From NCBI RefSeq assembly GCF_006345805.1, contig NW_021836848.1, positions 1-42,394 on the forward strand: a stretch of DNA of 42,394 bases. Direction: 5' to 3'. This document shows, piece after piece, positions 38,840 through 42,394 of this stretch. The notes under the pieces were generated by a model. That model ran no database searches. It was given only the letters and a program-made list of their open reading frames with translations, and was not told the DNA's origin. Positions within the stretch are counted from its first letter, which is position 1. Each line of letters begins with the position of its first letter. Source of the DNA: Octopus sinensis (lineage: Eukaryota). A program made the translations under genes and the position numbers.

Positions 38840-40194
38840 TTTGAGGATTCAATATACTATACTTAAATTCATTCACTTATACTAGCAGTACTTCAAATAT
38901 TGCATAGATAATTCATACATATACAAGTATTAGTAATAGATATTCCTCAAATAATTAACTTTATAGTAGACGGTAAGATAAGGCTTATGGATGTAACCCA
39001 GTATGGGATATCAATTATCCAATATACTGTTGGTAAAATACCCAAATTTATAATACACAAATGTTTTTAATTGCAATGCAATTAATTCATTTATAGTGGG
39101 TTAAATGAATACGGAAGACGGAATACGGTCGGTGATCTGAAGAGACATATAAATGGTAGATATGCGCGTAATGAAGCATTAAATGTTTATAAATTCTATC
39201 CAAAGGTTAGTGTTGTCATTACTATTATATTTATCTTGCGTTATATCTGTGCAGCTCGATGCTACCTTAAGAGACTGGTTCACCAGTCAGTATCGTTAGG
39301 CTGTGGCCGGCATAATGGAATAGGAACTTTATGTGCATATTCAAAAGGGGTCTCGTAAAAAGTTTAAAAGACACACACACACACACAGACGAGTAAGCAT
39401 AAATACAAAACAAGGTGAAAAAGAACAATACACGAATACCGAGTAGGTAAAGTACTTTTTATTAAAGCTACAAAATCATCGCAAAACAGTTACTCAAAGA
39501 TTCACGCGCTTCCGTCCGTCAAACTGTTTGGCCAGGACTGGAATAAGATTTGATGTCAAATCATAAATGTACCAACAAATTTTATTCCGGTTTTGTGATT
39601 TTGTTTTGCAGCTCTAATAAAGAAGTGAACAAAAAAAACAGATATTGATATTTCTCTTTCGTTTTGAGTCTTCAACGTCATATCCTGGACTCAACTCGAG
39701 ACGAACTGTGTCATTGTGCTCGGACAGATATATGGAAGTTGAGTAAGTGTACATGCTGATGTGCTCTGTGGTAACACCAGTAGAACAAAATTAAAGTGGT
39801 GTCACGAGCGTGTATAAGTGGATACCAACAACTCCCCACTAGATATGAAGGAAAGTTAGAAGCTGGATCGCAAACGGTAGCCAGGAGGCCAAGTCCTCTA
39901 TTTAGCTTATATATGTGGTGGGGTTTCGTTTGTTTATTGCTTTTAAACTCAATATAAGGGAAGCGGGCTTGGTGGTGTGGCTAAGATGCTCGTTTGGCAA
40001 TTTTTTTAGTCCTGTTTTTTAATCCATCACGTGAAATTCTTTGTGAGTGTTTTTAAAAATCGATCATCTACAGTTTTATGATTTAGTTGATGTAAACAGT
40101 ATGGAAGCCCATCGGACGTCCTGAACCTGTTTTAGGTTACGCCTACCACTCGTTCAGTTTAACACCACCACATGGGTGTTATGTTTAATAAAAA

Positions 40195-41027
40195 AATACT
40201 TATTTAACTATATAACTAAGATTTAACATTATTTCCTTGGAAATAGTCATCTTGCACAGCAATACACAGTTTCCAGCGTTCATACCATTTTTGGAATCCT
40301 GTCTGGAAGTCGTTTCCCGTAAGTAAGTCGGGGACCTTCTATGATCCGGTCTGGATCTCGACAAGTGTGGTAAAACGGCGACGGGGAAGAAATGCCAGTC
40401 CTCAGTTGCTAAACCCAGCGAATAGGAATGGTGAAAAGCAATACCATGTCGCTTTTGGCGAGAAATTCACGCGTGAGGAGAGCTCGGTTACAGGCTGCAT
40501 TTTCTTCCCGAAGAATCAATTCTTCGCGCTCCACAGACCCGATGGCTTTCTGAATGACCTTCCCAACGCTTCAAAACATCGGATTAAAAATCCCAATCGA
40601 TTCTCAGGCCCTGCAGCACAAATTCTCGATGCACAATACTATATTTTCCGGCGTTTCTGTCGTGGTAGGTCTTCCATTTGGTTTATCATATTCGAGGAAA
40701 GTTGGTCTGCTTTTGAATCGCTCGTTCCACTCGAAACATTGCGTACGATCCATTGCTTCATGGTCGTAAGCATGTTCGATGTCTGTGTAGCAGACTTCCC
40801 AAGTTTAACGCAAAATTTCACGTTGGATCCATCTACTTGTCCATGACAAAATCGCAAACTACAGCATACACGGGATCACAAACTAGAAGATGCACAACTC
40901 GCAAAGTAAACTCAGCAATGTCACTCAGTATATTACCTCATGAAGGCCACTGCTAGCTCTCACTGCACACTCAACCATGTGCTACCATCTCATGGCGCGC
41001 TACTGTACTGGTTGATACCACTTCATA
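40195..41027 (-). mobile_element. Internally deleted mariner transposon fossil
   Basis: NVKFCVKLGKSATQTSNML (helix-turn-helix start) and a decayed C-terminal catalytic region (REFLAKSDMVLL...FQTGFQKWYERWKLCIA). Degenerate terminus tatgaagtggtatcaac. Confidence 0.85.
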
Positions 41028-41615
41028 AGGTGATCAATAAGTATCCGGGCTCTTGCCATAGTAACGAAGCTAATACACACGTAAAGTCGCCTGGCAAAAA
41101 TTAACCGTGAACTCTGCTGTGCATAATTTTAACTTCTAGCTTACTTTCGCGCTGTTTTCTGCAATACTTGATAGGAAGGTGTGTAGCGTGTTATAGTCGC
41201 ATTGACCATGACAGAGGAAGTTGTCATGGTGACACCTGCTCAGAGACCTACACAAAATTGCAGAAAGTATATGGCGAAGAGTGTATGAGCCGCACGCATA
41301 TGTACAAGTGTTTCAGACGTTTTCCAGATTGCCGTATTGACGAACATTCCAGGAAAGTTGCAACCAGAGGAAAACATCGCAGATGTGCGTGCAGCTCTGA
41401 GGGGAAATCGTCGAATAAATATCCGTGAATTATCAGAGGATGTGCAGATTAGTTCCGGTTCAGTTCAGTCCATTATCACTAGCGATTTGGGTATGAGACG
41501 CGTATCTACCAAGTTTGTGCCAAACTGCTTTCAGATGACCAAGAAGAACACAGGTTTCAGTTGCACAAGATTTCCTTGATTGTGTCGAGAACGATGAAAA
41601 TGTTTTGAAAACTTT
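41028..41615 (+). mobile_element. Mariner 5' arm, second family, 3'-truncated
   Basis: Terminus tgatcaataagtatccgg. Fragments GDTCSETYTKLQKVYGEECMSRTHMYKCFRRF and RRINIRELSEDVQISSGSVQSIITSDLGMRRVSTKFVP. Confidence 0.85.
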
Positions 41616-41810
41616 GCGTAACCCTCTTAGCAGGTATCGCTAAGCTTTTCACAAACTTTAGCCCAGATTCTCTGCTCAATTTCTCCTTCCAAGCACTGCT
41701 GCAAAGAAGGGAAGTGAGCTACAATATTAAATCTTAGAGCGCATGCGCAGCGGCTTCACTCTGCGTGCTTTAGCTTCGTCACTATGACAACAGTCCGGAT
41801 ACTCATTGAT

Positions 41811-41815
<5 letters not shown>
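41616..41815 (-). mobile_element. Short inverted mariner 5' arm related to 41028-41615
   Basis: Reverse complement tgatcaatgagtatccggactgttgtcatagtgacgaagctaa, then EQRIWAKVCEKLSDTC*EGYAKF. Confidence 0.75.
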
Positions 41816-41893
<78 letters not shown>

Positions 41894-41952
41894 TTATGTA
41901 TATATATATATGTATATGTATGTATGTAGTATGTATGTATGAGAATTTGATG

Positions 41953-41993
<41 letters not shown>

Positions 41994-42030
41994 CATATAT
42001 ATATGTATATATACATATATATGTATATAT
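41815..42030. repeat. (CA)n/(TA)n microsatellite
   Basis: Direct inspection. Confidence 0.95.
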
Positions 42031-42394
42031 AACGGGAAGCTTTATGAAAATAAACAAAAGACGAAGGCAGGTGGAAAACAAACGAACAATTGTATTAGTA
42101 TGGCGCTCAGGAAATATAAATAAAACAAGTCTTTAACGTTTCGAGCCTACGCTCTTCAACAGAAAGATACACAGAGAGAGAAAACACAGAAAGACAGAAG
42201 GGGAAGGGGAAGAAAAAAAATGCGTGCAGTAGCTAACGAATCAACATGTCGATCTGATTTCGGCAGAGGTCAAAGATCAAACATGAGACGCGAGAGCGAA
42301 ATAAGGGAGATAATAGGGTTGATAATAGGTTGAGGGACCAGCTAAATGTGCGTGGGAGGGGTCTGGAATGTGTGTATGTATAGGGTTGGTGTAT
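42030..42394 (-). mobile_element. Repeat with a hammerhead-like motif, probably Penelope pseudo-LTR related
   Basis: Minus strand 42130-42167 reads tcttt CTGTTGA a gagc gtag gctc GAAA c gtt aaaga. Layout is similar to 25125-25330. Confidence 0.5.

Overview
AT-rich eukaryotic DNA dense in (TA)n, (CA)n and (GA)n microsatellites, tRNA-derived SINEs and decayed transposons. The SINE and LINE sequences resemble those I recognise from octopus genomes, so a cephalopod origin is inferred, not proven. Most ORFs in the supplied track are microsatellite or transposon artefacts. The only well-supported host gene is on the minus strand. It has widely spaced, symmetric phase-1 exons (37127-37216, probably 35882-35935, 35247-35399, 23479-23622, 14976-15236) that splice in frame into a cysteine-rich / laminin-type EGF / F-type lectin (FTP, fucolectin-like) mosaic extracellular protein. 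Neither end of the gene is clearly in the window. The lectin exon departs from the canonical fucose-binding motif and has an enlarged N-terminal loop. Downstream of it is a roughly 4.18 kb near-identical tandem duplication, each unit carrying a 5'-truncated copy of the lectin exon, a Helentron-like non-autonomous element and a CR1/L2-type LINE tail. Other transposon remains: Penelope-like, RTE-like, CR1/L2-type, Tigger/pogo, three mariner pieces, a possible solo LTR and repeats with hammerhead-like motifs. I find no rRNA, tRNA gene or CRISPR array, and no clearly new biological system. The best leads are the atypical EGF/F-lectin gene with duplicated exon relics and the hammerhead-like motifs.
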